From an uncultured Bacteroidota bacterium (GTDB lineage Bacteria > Bacteroidota > Ignavibacteria > UBA10030 > UBA6906): a stretch of 64,000 nt of DNA. Below, in pieces: positions 18,286-29,765 of the stretch. Positions within the stretch are counted from its first letter, which is position 1. Each line of letters opens with the position of its first letter. The translations under genes and the position numbers were made by a program. The stretch is from positions 160,001 to 224,000 of the forward strand of contig CAVOYH010000003.1 of the NCBI GenBank assembly GCA_963700635.1, read 5' to 3'. The notes under the pieces were generated by a model. It worked only from the letters and a program-made list of their open reading frames with translations, searched no databases and was not told where the DNA came from.

Positions 18286-19178
18286 TACCGTTCCACCGTG
18301 ACACTTGACACACCGGCTTCGATATCCAGCGAGATCGTGCTCCGGGTGGTGCCGAAATTCTCGGTCCGGTATGTGCGGTCCCCGGTTTTCGTAAATCCCG
18401 CAAAATGTTTTGAAGAGAGCGCCGTCTCCACGTGGATTTCGCACGAAGCGGATTCGGGGACCAGGATCCGTATCGAGGATGCTCCCGCCGAAATATGCGC
18501 TGTCGTCTGAGGGGATCGGTCGCCAAGCGTGATCTTCATGCTTGATGCGCCGGCATTAACCTCCAGCCGTTCCACAATAAACGGCGTCAGATCACATGCC
18601 AGCTTTGCTGCGCCAATGTTGAGTTCCAGGTCCCAGACGGGCGCGGTGTGCAGCTTTGCGGTCACACGGTTGGCATAGTTCCCCAGCCTCCATCCCTTTT
18701 TCTTCCCTTCAAGTGATACGGTAAATGAGCGGCCATCCGCTGATTCAAACCGGTCGAGCGAATACTTCCCGATATTCGTCGTCGCCTGTATCGAGAGGAG
18801 ATCTCGCGAAGTGTCGGCAAGAGTAAACGCCCCCGCTCCCGATTCCAGAATGAACGAAGCCCGCCGCACGGAACTGTCCGCCGATTCCGTCAGAATCTGG
18901 GTTTCCGGAACCTGATCCCGGGACCAGTCAGGCCCGCATGACGACAGATTAAACAATGCCACGAAGAGAAACGCCAGGACAAAACCCGTAATTCCGGCGG
19001 CGACGGAGCGGATGACCTTTCCGCCGACAAGCAATGTAATACCCCAGAACAGAAGGACCAGGGGCCACAACCCCAACGCCACACCCCATTGCGCTGACAG
19101 GATGTCCACCTTCTCGGCGAACACCAGGAGACCGAGGGCGACAAAAAAGACCCCCCAGAAAAGCCGGCCGGATTTCAT
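18282..19178 (-). CDS. LiaF/DUF5668-like membrane protein with C-terminal toast-rack-like beta domain
   Basis: LFWGVFFVALG...LWPLVLL N-terminal helices; repeated GA/GV-x beta strands ending IEAGVSSVTV. Confidence 0.7.
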   Translation of the reverse strand: MKSGRLFWGVFFVALGLLVFAEKVDILSAQWGVALGLWPLVLLFWGITLLVGGKVIRSVAAGITGFVLAFLFVALFNLSSCGPDWSRDQVPETQILTESADSSVRRASFILESGAGAFTLADTSRDLLSIQATTNIGKYSLDRFESADGRSFTVSLEGKKKGWRLGNYANRVTAKLHTAPVWDLELNIGAAKLACDLTPFIVERLEVNAGASSMKITLGDRSPQTTAHISAGASSIRILVPESASCEIHVETALSSKHFAGFTKTGDRTYRTENFGTTRSTISLDIEAGVSSVTVERY

Positions 19179-19189
19179 TGTCTGCCTCC

Positions 19190-19405
19190 TCACTCTTTTC
19201 CATCTTCGCGGGAACGCCAGAGAAGTCCGGCCCCTATGGCAACAAGAACTAACGGCCAGAAATCACTAAAACGAACGTCCAAGAAATTGTCCGCAAGGAA
19301 AAGAAGTCCGAGCACGATGAGCACAAGACCCCCGATAACGCTCCCCCTGTCCCTCTTCCGCGGGGTTGTTGACGGCGTGGTGGATACCATGAACATGCCT
19401 TTCAA
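19190..19405 (-). CDS. Small LiaI/DUF5668-like two-helix membrane protein
   Basis: GLVLIVLGLLFLADNF...FWPLVLVAIGAGLL; exact start uncertain. Confidence 0.7.
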   Translation of the reverse strand: MKGMFMVSTTPSTTPRKRDRGSVIGGLVLIVLGLLFLADNFLDVRFSDFWPLVLVAIGAGLLWRSREDGKE

Positions 19406-19448
19406 TTGAACCTATGTGTAAAAAAGATAGAACCATCTCCGTTTGGTA

Positions 19449-19473
19449 TACGTAGAGCCGGCACAGATGTTGC
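19449..19473 (-). promoter_or_regulatory. Putative ECF-sigma promoter
   Basis: GCAAC-N16-CGTA on the minus strand, resembling the AAC...CGT(A) ECF (sigmaW-type) consensus, directly upstream of the Lia-like genes. Confidence 0.55.
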
Positions 19474-19475
19474 TT

Positions 19476-22400
19476 CTACCGGACGATCTTTACCTTACCC
19501 AGTCCGGACGTTGAGGAATAGCGCCCATCGTACATCGCCTCCGCGACAACCGGTGGATAGACAAAATCTCCGGCCGTGACTGCCCGGACCGCATAGTAAA
19601 ACACCTGCTGCCGTTTGCCGCCCCGGAACGCGGTATACAGGTTGATCCGATCGTCACGGATGTCCATATACTCGGGGTGGGAGGCATTTTTCACGAACGG
19701 GTATTGAGTCGCCTCGGTCAGACGCGGGTTCTCTATTTCGAACCCGGCCGGCAACAAATCGCTCACCGCCACAAAATCAAGACGATCCACAGTGGACGTC
19801 ACCGTCAGCTTTATGACAAGCAGATCGTTCTGCCGGATTGCGGACAGATTTGCAGTCCCACCGGTACGTGTCAGGACTTCGCGGCGGACCTGAAGGTTCC
19901 GGTCTTCCATTTCAATTCTGCCGTCACTGCGGATCCCCTCGACCACCAGCGTATAATAAACACGGCCTGAGCCCTGGAGCGCAATCGTGACCGTCTTGCC
20001 CCATGGTTCCAGGTCTATCCGTTGCGTTCCTCCGTTGTACGCGATCTCCCGGGCACCGATCGATATTCTGCCGGTTACTTTTGTTGCCGCGGCCATCCGG
20101 GCGGCCTTGCCGAAGGCGAGGAGGGTAAACGCGTTGTCCTGCGTACTGTACCACCGGTCTCCCCGGTACGCTCTGGATAGATATTCCATCAGACGCGGGA
20201 CGTGTGGATTGTTGAGGTCGGACTCCAGAAGCACATTGAGCATGACCGCGGCGCACCGAACCGGCGAATCAAAACTGCCGCCGGAACTCCGCGATGGTTC
20301 GTCCACAGAGAATTGAGGCGGAAGGATATCGGCATAGGTCCGCCGGTCTCCGCTTAACGCGTACGCCCCCGCAAGCAGGTAGCGCGTATCCGTGGTGAGC
20401 AGATGACGCTCGTTACGATAGAAGCTCATGACAGACTGTTCAGGTTTTTTCGCCAGGGCCAGGACATACAGAGCATACAGGCAGCTCTTTGCAGCAATAC
20501 GCCGTACCACCGTGCGATTACCGTCGGCATACGTATAGTCTTCCGACTTCTTGTCCCGTGCAATCCTTGACAAAGCTCCCAGTGCGGCGTTCAGTGTGCC
20601 GTCCATGACCGCATACCCTGCCTTTCGCGCCTCGAGCAGGAAGTGCGTTGCATAGACTGTCGTCCAGTCATTACTTTCCGTTCCACCGGGCCAGTATGCA
20701 AAAGATCCGTCATGCAACTGTAACCCGGCGGTTTTCGTGATGGCTTCGTTTACAAAATACGTCGGGCTCCCGCCTGCCAGGGCGGCAGGAGAGAGAACAG
20801 ACGCGATGTCGCGCAGATATATTTGTGGGAATGCCCTGGAGACGGTCTGTTCGAGACACCCGTGCGGGTATCCGAGAAGATGTTTTAATTCACGCGCAAA
20901 GGAAGAGACCGGAAACGGGCTCAGAGCGAGATACGCCTGCCGGCCTGCAGGAAGATACACATCGGGCACCGTGTGCGCAACGGAAGTTCCTCCATCCACA
21001 AAACCCGCCTCTATGTCCGCCGCATACGGTGCAATGGGCCGCACGGGAATGTCGGATCTGGATTCCACGATCTCACCGAAAACTTTGGTCCGGATTGTGA
21101 CCGTTGCCTTGCCGATCTCCGGGCCGGCCGTCAGTTGAACCGGCACGAACCGTTCCTGGTTGGCGGCGATCTCAAGTTCAGGATTCTTCTGTGCAGCGCT
21201 CAGACTCCCCGTTGTCCCCACATCAAAGAGAAGGGTCGTGGACCGTGCTGTGGTATTAAAGGCAGTAAGCGGCATGATGAATACATCACCCGGACTGGCA
21301 AAACGGGGAAGCGCCGGCGTGATAACGATCGGGTCGGAGACCTTCATAGCCTTCTCCGCCGAGCCAAAGCGGTCTCCTTTATAGGCAAATGCCATAAGGC
21401 GAAGCTCGCCGCTGAATTCAGGGATATCCAGCGGGATCACCGCCTCTCCACCGCCATCTGTTTTTATGATCCCTGACCAGAGGGCCAGCGGCTTGAATCG
21501 TTGTACACCGAGGGGATTTGTCCGCTTCCCGACCTCCGCCTCACCGCCGCCTGTACTGCTGCTGCGTTTTCCCTTCCCGGGTTCCGGCAAGAGGTGTTTG
21601 AAAAAATCATAGGTTTCCGTCTCGAGTGCCTTGCGCGCATAAAAATAGCCGTATGGATCGGGAGTCTTGTAGTTCTTCACCTGACAGATTCCCTCATCCA
21701 CGGCGGCAAGCGTTAACGTCACCCCTGACTCACCGGCTATTGCCACCGTTACCGTCTGCGTCGTCTTCGGCCGGATTTTCTCGGGGGCCCTGATCTGTAC
21801 GTCCAGTTTGTTCTTCGGCTTTTCAACCATAAGAGGCGTAAAACCGTGTCCCGCCAGAAGGGGGATGGAAAGATCGGTAATCTTGCGGAACAGGACGGCA
21901 GACACGTAGACCGTCGGGAGATGCTGATCTTCAATGTCCATCTCCATGGAGGCGGCATTGTTCACAACATCCAGATACCGAAAGCTGAACACGCGGTTCC
22001 GTTCGACGGTGACGAGCATACGCCCGCTGAATGGCGTCTGGAAGAGAATGCGCGCCTTGTCGCCGGGAGCGTACACCTTCTTATCAAGCACGATATCTAC
22101 CCGGGCTTCCGGATCCACTTCGAACGATGTCACGTCCGATGTCCCCCAGCTGTAGGAATAGAACTGAATCTGGTTGTACCCGCTTTCTCCATCTTTGCCT
22201 ACCCGGAGTGCGTAGTCACCGGAACGCGGAACGCTGTACGAGTAGTCAACCGGGTTCTCCCCGAGTATAATCCGGTCGGACCTCACCGGAATTTCGCGGC
22301 GTTCGGAGACATACCGGAGGTTCTTTGTCTGCGGGTGCTGGCGGAGAATCGAGTGCCATTCATAGCGTACCAGGTTGACCCGCGCCGAGAATCCGCGGAG

Positions 22401-24918
22401 TGGCCGGTCTTCGGCGTCAACCGCTACAATCTGTACCTTCTGCGTCGTGTTCGGTGCCATGTAATACGGCCCGGTATTCCGGAGTCCGATAAAATAGGGC
22501 TTGGGGTAGACGAGTGTCTGGGCGATCTGATAGACGGGACGCCCCGATTCATCAAATACCCCCACACGCCCGCGTGCCCGTAGAAGACCGGTCGTCGTGA
22601 GTCCCGGGGGAATCGGAAACTCCACAACCGCTCCCCCCTCTGCGTCCGTACGTCCATTCACGACAAACGGGTCTCCTACGGTATTGTTTGCCGCATCATC
22701 CCAGAAACGGAATTCCGGAAATCGTTTTGACGTAAAGGGGACGACCGTGAACACACCCTCAAATTCCCAGTTACGGTCGGCGGCGGGAGGGCCGAAGAAG
22801 TTGGTTGCCTGGACGGTGTACTCAACGGTCTCTCCGGGTTTGGCCTTTTCTACCGAGGGATTCAGGTTCACCCGGAGCCGGTCCGGCACAAAATCCTCAA
22901 CGCTCACCCTGTAGGTCGTCAGAAATATTCCACTACCAGTGTAGAGTTCATATCTGTAATCACCGGTCGCAGATGACGAAGACGTACCGGTGGAGGTTTC
23001 AAAAGATCCTTCCTGATTCAGGATATGCTGGGTCTCCTGCAGGAGGGCTCCCCGGGGGCTGAACAGCTTCAGATGCACCGGCATTCCCGCCGGAACCGGT
23101 TGTGTTATATTCCGGACAACCCCTGCGACCACCATCCGTTCGCCGGGCCGGTAGATGCTCCGGTCGCCATACAGCAGTGCGTCAAACGGTCCACCCACAT
23201 CGCGCTTTCCGGCCACATCAAAACGTGATGTCTCAACACGATAGTCTTCCAGATTGAGAAAGTTGAAGTCGTTGTCAGCCTCGGCAGTCACCAGCTTAAG
23301 GGGGAATTCCTTGAACTTGTCCGTCAGGCCGGTAAAGTGCGCAACCCCACCTTCATCAGTTTTCCCCGAAATGATCACCTGGTTGTTCACTGACACCAGC
23401 GATACCGCTACATTTGCCATGGGCATGGTCGTCTGCAGATGCGTTGCGAACACCATTGCGCCATCCCGGTGCACTTTCACGATGAGGCCGATATCGGATA
23501 TGGAGATGAGTTTTGCCGTTGAACGCCACGCTTCTTCAGGATTGGCAATCTCAACGAGATAGAACCCCTTGTATCCCGTAGTAAGAAAAGGGGTCAACGT
23601 GAACGATGTCGTCATTTCACGGTTTGGCGGACTTGCGATGGTGAGTGTGTCGTACGACAGTTGTCTGCCGTAGTTGCCCACATAGTACCGATACTTCCTG
23701 ACCCAGGACTGGCTGCTTCCCTCTTCGTCTCCGTACTCTCCGTAGTACGAGTAGTCGTAAAACCTGCCGCCGTTCAGGAAGAAGACAAGGTTGTTCTGGA
23801 ATATCTGACTTACCCGTACAGCGAGCCGGGGGAGATTCACCGTCTTGAGCTCGATCGTTTTTTCTCCACCAAGCATCATATACATGCCGCTTGAGGAGAC
23901 AAAGCTGAAGGACGGGGCGATATTACCGATCACCAGATCCGCTTCATACTCATGGTCCGTTTTGCCCCCCAGAACGCTTGTCAGGCCGCTCCTGACCCGT
24001 ATCCGGAACGTCGCCCCCGGTTCGAACGTGCCCAGAAGAGTAAAGCCGTCACCATCATTCCGTACCGTGAACTCCCGGGTCGGTTCGAGTGTCACCGCTG
24101 CGCGGGCTACGTCAGAATCCACTTCCTGCGACGTCCGGATCTTGATCCAGCCATTTGTCCCGTCGGATCCAAAATCGTGACCCAGAATCTTGAGTTCTCC
24201 GAGCGGGGGCATACGATACACGAATGGTTCGGCCATCCGTATACGCGTTTGTGTTTCCGGGGATGTGAGGTCTCCGGCAAATGTTACCGCGATGGTCCGC
24301 TCCCGTTCAAATTGTGTTACGGTGCCGATCTCCAGTGCGATCACCGTGCTCTGTCCGGTAGTCACAACGCCTGCGATCGCGCGTTGTTCATTGTCAACCG
24401 TTACGCGGATTGCCGGAACAATATCCTGCGCATTCACCGCATAGGTGAACTCGAGATTTGCCCGGATGCCGATCTCTCGCCGCTCGCCGATGCGGTCGTA
24501 AAAAAACTCTGCGGTCTTCAACGTGAAGCTCTGCGGTGGCAAAAGAAAACTCGTCCGGTCCGTCAAACCCGGTCGCCCCGGAAAGCTGGGTAAGAAGAGC
24601 GGTATTTAACCGCGCGGTGAACCGTGCATCGCCGGGGAGCTGGCCGTCGGGACTGAATACCAGGCGTGTCGTGTCCTCCCAGATAAACTTGCCGGGAATG
24701 TCCGGCGAGAACCGGATGTACGGTGTTGAGGTCCATTGATTCATGGAATCCGGCGGCACCACTCCCCGGGAAAACGCAACGGGGAGAACAGCATCTCTGC
24801 CGAGAATGCCTGACGGCAGTGTCGTCGTAACACGGAGCAAGGCGGTATCCGGTCCGCCGCAACTAAAAAACAGAAATGCCAGGAACAGTGCGCACGGAAT
24901 ATGGACATGACGATTCAT
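19476..24918 (-). CDS. Bacterial alpha-2-macroglobulin lipoprotein; frameshift near 24500-24540
   Basis: Lipoprotein N-terminus MNRHV...FLFFSC from ATG 24918 is in a different frame from the body; body has DRSIYRPGE, VEDFVPDR, AAVDEG, thioester motif YPHGCLEQ, DLLPAGFE, AEAMYD. Confidence 0.92.
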
Positions 24919-24974
24919 AGGTTCTCCCGATTCACCGTAGGTGTGAGTACTCTTCGGTAGTGCACGTAACACAT

Positions 24975-27287
24975 TTAGAGCGCGTATTTCACGGCGATTC
25001 TCACCGTGGAGAGTCTTCCACGATCATCCAGACAGGATACTGCATGTGTTCCTTCATCAAGAGCGAAAAAAATCTTCTCCCCCGGTCGCTTGATCCCCAC
25101 ATAATGGTCATCAACATACCAGCGATGTTCCCGGACATCAACACTCGAGCCGGCCTGCAGGAGAAACTGCTGGCCGCGAGAGACCACGTAGTAGGTCATA
25201 CCTTCTGTCGGGCTGAGAATGGTGGGTCCTTCACCGGCAAACACGCGCGCGCAGTCAGGATTGTGTGGCGGGGCAACATCCTGTTTCACCCCCCGTGTCC
25301 GCCAGAAGTGGAGCAATTCCGCAGGATACTGTGCAAGTACTCGCGCGTGGTACGGGTGCGCCGCGAGGCACGTTGCGCAGTACGTGGTGCTCCCGTCCGT
25401 GGAAACAAGGAATTCCGTACAAATGTCGCATGGTGTTGTTCCGGACTGCCGTGCTGCATACATGTCCTCGATGAACCGCGAACAGAACGGTCCCGGTGGA
25501 CGGCCGCTCAGCGCGCAGACCCGCCGTACCAGTATTTCCGGAGGAACTGCGAGGATATGCTTCTGCGATGGTGTGGAGATCGAGCTAAGAATGTCGAGAA
25601 GCAACGGGGCGGCAGCCCGGCTTCCGACAAGCTCCGGATTCCCTTCGTTGGTCACGTTGCCAATCCAGACACCCACGGTATACCCGGCGGAGTACCCGAC
25701 GCACCAGGCATCGCGTCTTCCGTAACTTGTTCCCGTTTTGTATGCCACCCGCGGAAGGTGCATCGCGTACTCGAAGTTGTTCGGAAGATCGGGCCGCTGC
25801 AACCCCGAGAGAATGTGGGTAACCATGTACGCAGTTGCATTTGAGAACACCCTGCGCACTGCCGGGGTATCCGGTGCTTCCCGCTCCAGGAAGGTAAGCG
25901 GTTTCCATATCCCTCCCCGGGGAAACGTTGCGTAGGCGTTCGTGAGTTCGTCCAGCCGGACGCCGCATCCGCCCAGTATCATGCTCAGGCCAACCCGATC
26001 GCGCTGTCCCCGGAGAGAGACAAACCCGTGCCGGTCGAGGAATTTCTGGAATTCCGGCAACCCGGCCTGTTTCAGCATCCGCACCATCGGGACGTTGAGC
26101 GATCGCTGTAACGCCTCATCGGCATACACTACGCCGTCGTACCCGCCGTCATAATTTTCCGCATAGAAGCCCTCGGCATCATAGGGAGTATCGAGCACGA
26201 CGGTGCGGGGCGTAAGCTCACCCCGTTCGATCTGCAGCGCATACAACAACGGTTTTAGAGTCGACCCGGGTGACCGTACTGCCATTACCGCATCCACCTG
26301 CCCTCTTGCCGCGACATCATCGAAGTCTTCTGACCCGACATACGTCCGCACAGCACCGCTCGCATTTTCGACAACCACCACCGCTCCATTTCGCACTCCC
26401 AGCTGCTTCCATGGTCTCAGGTGATTGCTCAGCAGTTTTTCAACCCTGTCCTGCATATCCAGATCGATTGTGGTCCGGACGACGGCTGCTGACGGTGACA
26501 AACGGAATACACGCCATGCAAGATGGGGAGCACGCCTGGGAGGAAGCATACGGGTGGCCGAAGCAGGTGTGGCCCAGATGACCAGTGAATCCTGCGCGGT
26601 CAGGAACCCCTTTGTGATCCACCGCAGCGATTGCCGGCACCGCTCTTCGCGCAGACGATCCCCCCCCCTGTCCGGCCTCAACGCATTGGGATTGTTGGGG
26701 ATCAGTATGAGGTCCAGCAATTGCGCAATGTTCAACCGTTCAAGCGGTGTTTGATAGTACAACAACGAAGCAGACATGAGCCCTTCGATGTTCCCTCCGA
26801 GGGGCACCGTCGAAAGGTACATTTCGAGCAACTGATCCTTTGAATACATCCACTCAAGCTGAATCGCACGCACCATTTCAAAAATCTTATTCGGGATCGT
26901 GCGCTCTTTGGGTTCAAGAAGCCGCGCGAGCTGCATGGTTATTGTTGATGCACCGGAAACGCGACGACCGGCATAGAGATTCTGCACCGAAGCACGGAAA
27001 AGTGAAAACGGATTTACGCCTGGATGATAGTAGAACCAGCGGTCCTCTTTTTCAAGCAGAATGGTTTTCAGGCGTTCCGGAATTTCGTCCGGTGAGGTTT
27101 TGAGCCTCCAGACGCCGTCGGCAGCACGAAACGCGTGGACAAACCGCCCCTGACGGTCTTCCACCAGAAGGGAATACGGTTTGGGGTGCGGAAGCGGAAA
27201 CAGAATCCACCACGACCACACCAGGAGCCCGCCGGCCAGAAGCAGACCGGCAGACAAAAGGACGTGGCGGATGTATTTCACGGGCAT
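24975..27287 (-). CDS. pbpC: Penicillin-binding protein 1C
   Basis: Transglycosylase motifs EDRWF, GASTITMQLAR; transpeptidase motifs STLK, SLN, KTGT; PBP1C C-terminal domain; adjacent to alpha-2-macroglobulin. Confidence 0.93.
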   Translation of the reverse strand: MPVKYIRHVLLSAGLLLAGGLLVWSWWILFPLPHPKPYSLLVEDRQGRFVHAFRAADGVWRLKTSPDEIPERLKTILLEKEDRWFYYHPGVNPFSLFRASVQNLYAGRRVSGASTITMQLARLLEPKERTIPNKIFEMVRAIQLEWMYSKDQLLEMYLSTVPLGGNIEGLMSASLLYYQTPLERLNIAQLLDLILIPNNPNALRPDRGGDRLREERCRQSLRWITKGFLTAQDSLVIWATPASATRMLPPRRAPHLAWRVFRLSPSAAVVRTTIDLDMQDRVEKLLSNHLRPWKQLGVRNGAVVVVENASGAVRTYVGSEDFDDVAARGQVDAVMAVRSPGSTLKPLLYALQIERGELTPRTVVLDTPYDAEGFYAENYDGGYDGVVYADEALQRSLNVPMVRMLKQAGLPEFQKFLDRHGFVSLRGQRDRVGLSMILGGCGVRLDELTNAYATFPRGGIWKPLTFLEREAPDTPAVRRVFSNATAYMVTHILSGLQRPDLPNNFEYAMHLPRVAYKTGTSYGRRDAWCVGYSAGYTVGVWIGNVTNEGNPELVGSRAAAPLLLDILSSISTPSQKHILAVPPEILVRRVCALSGRPPGPFCSRFIEDMYAARQSGTTPCDICTEFLVSTDGSTTYCATCLAAHPYHARVLAQYPAELLHFWRTRGVKQDVAPPHNPDCARVFAGEGPTILSPTEGMTYYVVSRGQQFLLQAGSSVDVREHRWYVDDHYVGIKRPGEKIFFALDEGTHAVSCLDDRGRLSTVRIAVKYAL

Positions 27288-27294
27288 GGCCGGC

Positions 27295-28083
27295 TCACAT
27301 ATTCTCGCCGCGGCGGATGGTCCAGAAGTCGTCGGAGAGATTTCGATCATCAAGATATGCGTACGGCATCGTGTAGTACCCCTTCTTCCCCCACCGGACA
27401 CCCCAGGAGTTGCGTACAAGGAAATGCTGCGCGGAAGTATCGTACCCCACGGCCATGACCGCGTGCCCTCCCAGAAGACGCTCCTCAGGGCCCGGCATCA
27501 CGGCGATCCCCGTCGTGGCAACATCACCTGCTTCAAAGCTCTCGTACACGGAAAAACCGAAGACAAACGGAAAACCGTCGGCAAGACAATCGAGCATTTC
27601 GTTGAGTGTCAGGAGACGTTCGTACAACGTGATCTGATGATCCATCCCCTCTTTGTAGCATGCCTTGGTGGGTTTGCGCCTGAAGCGGCTGATCGTATGC
27701 GGCCACAGTTTCTCGGAGCACACACCCTGAGCGGCAAGCGTTTTGATGCCGTCCCGCAATGTCGCACCTGAGTCCCACCGCGTAGTTCCGATCAGGGCTC
27801 GTTCATTATAATAGACGAACAACCGGCTGAGGTCCTTGAATACCACCTGATCCTTGAGTTCGAGATATTCCATTGCGCCGACGAGTGCCTGCGCGGTGCA
27901 ACTCCCGAGTGATCCCTGATCTTCGATGGGTGAGCAGTGTGTTCGAAGATCAACCGAGGAGGGTAAAGCCGGCGGCACCGCATGCCGGACACCGTACAGA
28001 AAATCCCGTTGATCGGGGAGGTCGGGTAACCATCCGAACGTATGGCGGCGCGGTGTGCGGCGGGAACGGGATCGTCTGGGCAT
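27295..28083 (-). CDS. Papain-family (C1A) cysteine protease
   Basis: VDLR...DQGSLGSCTA, GGHAVMAVGY, VRNSWG catalytic motifs; GGAGG RBS. Confidence 0.92.
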   Translation of the reverse strand: MPRRSRSRRTPRRHTFGWLPDLPDQRDFLYGVRHAVPPALPSSVDLRTHCSPIEDQGSLGSCTAQALVGAMEYLELKDQVVFKDLSRLFVYYNERALIGTTRWDSGATLRDGIKTLAAQGVCSEKLWPHTISRFRRKPTKACYKEGMDHQITLYERLLTLNEMLDCLADGFPFVFGFSVYESFEAGDVATTGIAVMPGPEERLLGGHAVMAVGYDTSAQHFLVRNSWGVRWGKKGYYTMPYAYLDDRNLSDDFWTIRRGENM

Positions 28084-28106
28084 AAACGCCTCCGGGAGGT
28101 TCTCCG

Positions 28107-28135
28107 AATATAGGCAAGGGAGGAGGGGAAGTCAA
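28107..28135 (-). promoter_or_regulatory. Sigma70-type promoter for the protease-pbpC-macroglobulin run
   Basis: TTGACT-N17-TATATT on the minus strand. Confidence 0.6.
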
Positions 28136-28199
28136 TACAACGGTATTTTGCAATTCGTTTCATTTCTTCGTAATTTTGGTCGATGAGTACACGAGACGT

Positions 28200-29405
28200 A
28201 TGACTCTTCTTCCCCGCCCCCTTCTTGATCGCGCACGGTCCCTCTTCCCCTACCTGGCCGGCGGCCGAATCTACCTGAACCATGCAGGAACAAGTCCGCT
28301 CTCAACACGCGTTGCTGATGTTCTGTCAAAACATGTGCAGGAGCGTGTAACTGGCGGGCTTGACACGTACGAGGCGGACATTGCCATGGTACAATCGTGG
28401 CGAAAGGTGGTGCAAGAACTGATCAATGCGGAGGCGCCGGAACGTATCGCATTCCAGATGAATACATCCGATGCGCTCAATCTCGTGGCCGCCGGACTCC
28501 CCTGGCGCGACGGAGACCATGTGCTCCTCAATGATGCGGAATTCCCTGCAAATCTTTATCCGTTTCTGCATTTGCGACGCCATGGCGTCCGCGTGGATAT
28601 GCTCCCCACCATTGATGGAGTTGTCACAGCGGATGTCATTGCCCGTGCACTTACCCCCGGAACCCGGCTTCTCTCCCTGAGCGCCGTTCAGTTTCTTTCC
28701 GGGTACCGCGCAGACATGCGTGAAATAGGTGAGTTATGCCGTTCGCGGGGAGTCATTTTTGTCGTGGATGGTATTCAGGCGGTTGGTGCGGTGCCGGTCG
28801 ATGTACAGCACCTGCGCATTGATGCCCTCGCTGCCGGTGCACAAAAATGGCAGATGGGCCCTCAGGGAACGGGGTTCCTCTATGTTTCCGAAGATCTTCA
28901 GGAACGGATCCAGCAACAGCACAGGGGATGGCTTTCGGTTGCATCTCCCTGGAACTTCCGTCACCTGGAACAACCCCTCGCCCCATCAGCCCGGCGTTAC
29001 GAAGGAGGGACGCTGAACATCGCCGGCATGTATGCGATGCGGGAGGCTATCACAATCCTCCAGGAATTCGGTATCAACACGATTGCCGATCAGATTTGCG
29101 GGCTGACGGAGGTCCTTATGCGCGAACTCGCCATACTCCCCGGCGTCCGGATCATCACACCACCTGATTCCGTCCACCGCGCAGGCATTGTCACCGTACA
29201 ACCACCCGACGGTGCGCATGCGGAACGTATCGCCGGGCAGCTCAAAACACGGGGTATTACCATCGCCGTGAGAGAAGGGCTTCTCCGGTTCTCGCCCCAC
29301 TTTTACAATAGTGCGGAGGAGATGCTCCGAACTGCCGACGAGGTGAGGAAAATCCTGGAATCAAAAACAGAGGCGTCAGAGGCGGAACACGGGGGGCGAC
29401 AATGA
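28200..29405 (+). CDS. Class V PLP-dependent aminotransferase (cysteine desulfurase/lyase-like)
   Basis: YLNHAGTSP, VDGIQAVG, PLP lysine in AQKW, RYEGGT, RFSPHFYN. Confidence 0.88.
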   Translation: MTLLPRPLLDRARSLFPYLAGGRIYLNHAGTSPLSTRVADVLSKHVQERVTGGLDTYEADIAMVQSWRKVVQELINAEAPERIAFQMNTSDALNLVAAGLPWRDGDHVLLNDAEFPANLYPFLHLRRHGVRVDMLPTIDGVVTADVIARALTPGTRLLSLSAVQFLSGYRADMREIGELCRSRGVIFVVDGIQAVGAVPVDVQHLRIDALAAGAQKWQMGPQGTGFLYVSEDLQERIQQQHRGWLSVASPWNFRHLEQPLAPSARRYEGGTLNIAGMYAMREAITILQEFGINTIADQICGLTEVLMRELAILPGVRIITPPDSVHRAGIVTVQPPDGAHAERIAGQLKTRGITIAVREGLLRFSPHFYNSAEEMLRTADEVRKILESKTEASEAEHGGRQ

Positions 29406-29761
29406 AATTTGGAGCGCGCATTCTGGTCATCGACGACAATCCTGAAGCCCGCGAACTTCTGAAGGTGGTTCTGGAGGAAAAAGGCTATTCCATTATGGAA
29501 GCGGAGAATGGGGAGCAGGCGCTTGATGTGATGAGCAAGACGCTGGTCCACATGGCTATTGTGGACCTTGACATGCCCAGGATGAACGGCATTGAGTTCT
29601 CCAAACGCGCCAAGGCAGCCAACCCCGCCTTCCCCATTATTATGGTCACGGCGTATTCACAATTTTATTCTCCGGCCGAAATTCTCGCCTCCGGCATTGA
29701 TGCGTTTCTGCAGAAACCCATCGACCTCAATCGGCTCCTCAAGGCCATCGAACAGTTGTAG
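29402..29761 (+). CDS. Single-domain response regulator
   Basis: ILVIDD, DLDMP, MVTA, FLQKP; ATGA overlap with the upstream gene. Confidence 0.9.
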   Translation: MKFGARILVIDDNPEARELLKVVLEEKGYSIMEAENGEQALDVMSKTLVHMAIVDLDMPRMNGIEFSKRAKAANPAFPIIMVTAYSQFYSPAEILASGIDAFLQKPIDLNRLLKAIEQL

Positions 29762-29765
29762 AAGA

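Noticed and set aside
24394-24972. Independent 192-aa lipoprotein gene
   Set aside because: Better explained as the frameshifted N-terminus of the macroglobulin.
27990-28083. Tat signal in the Arg-rich protease N-terminus
   Set aside because: No hydrophobic region follows the arginines.
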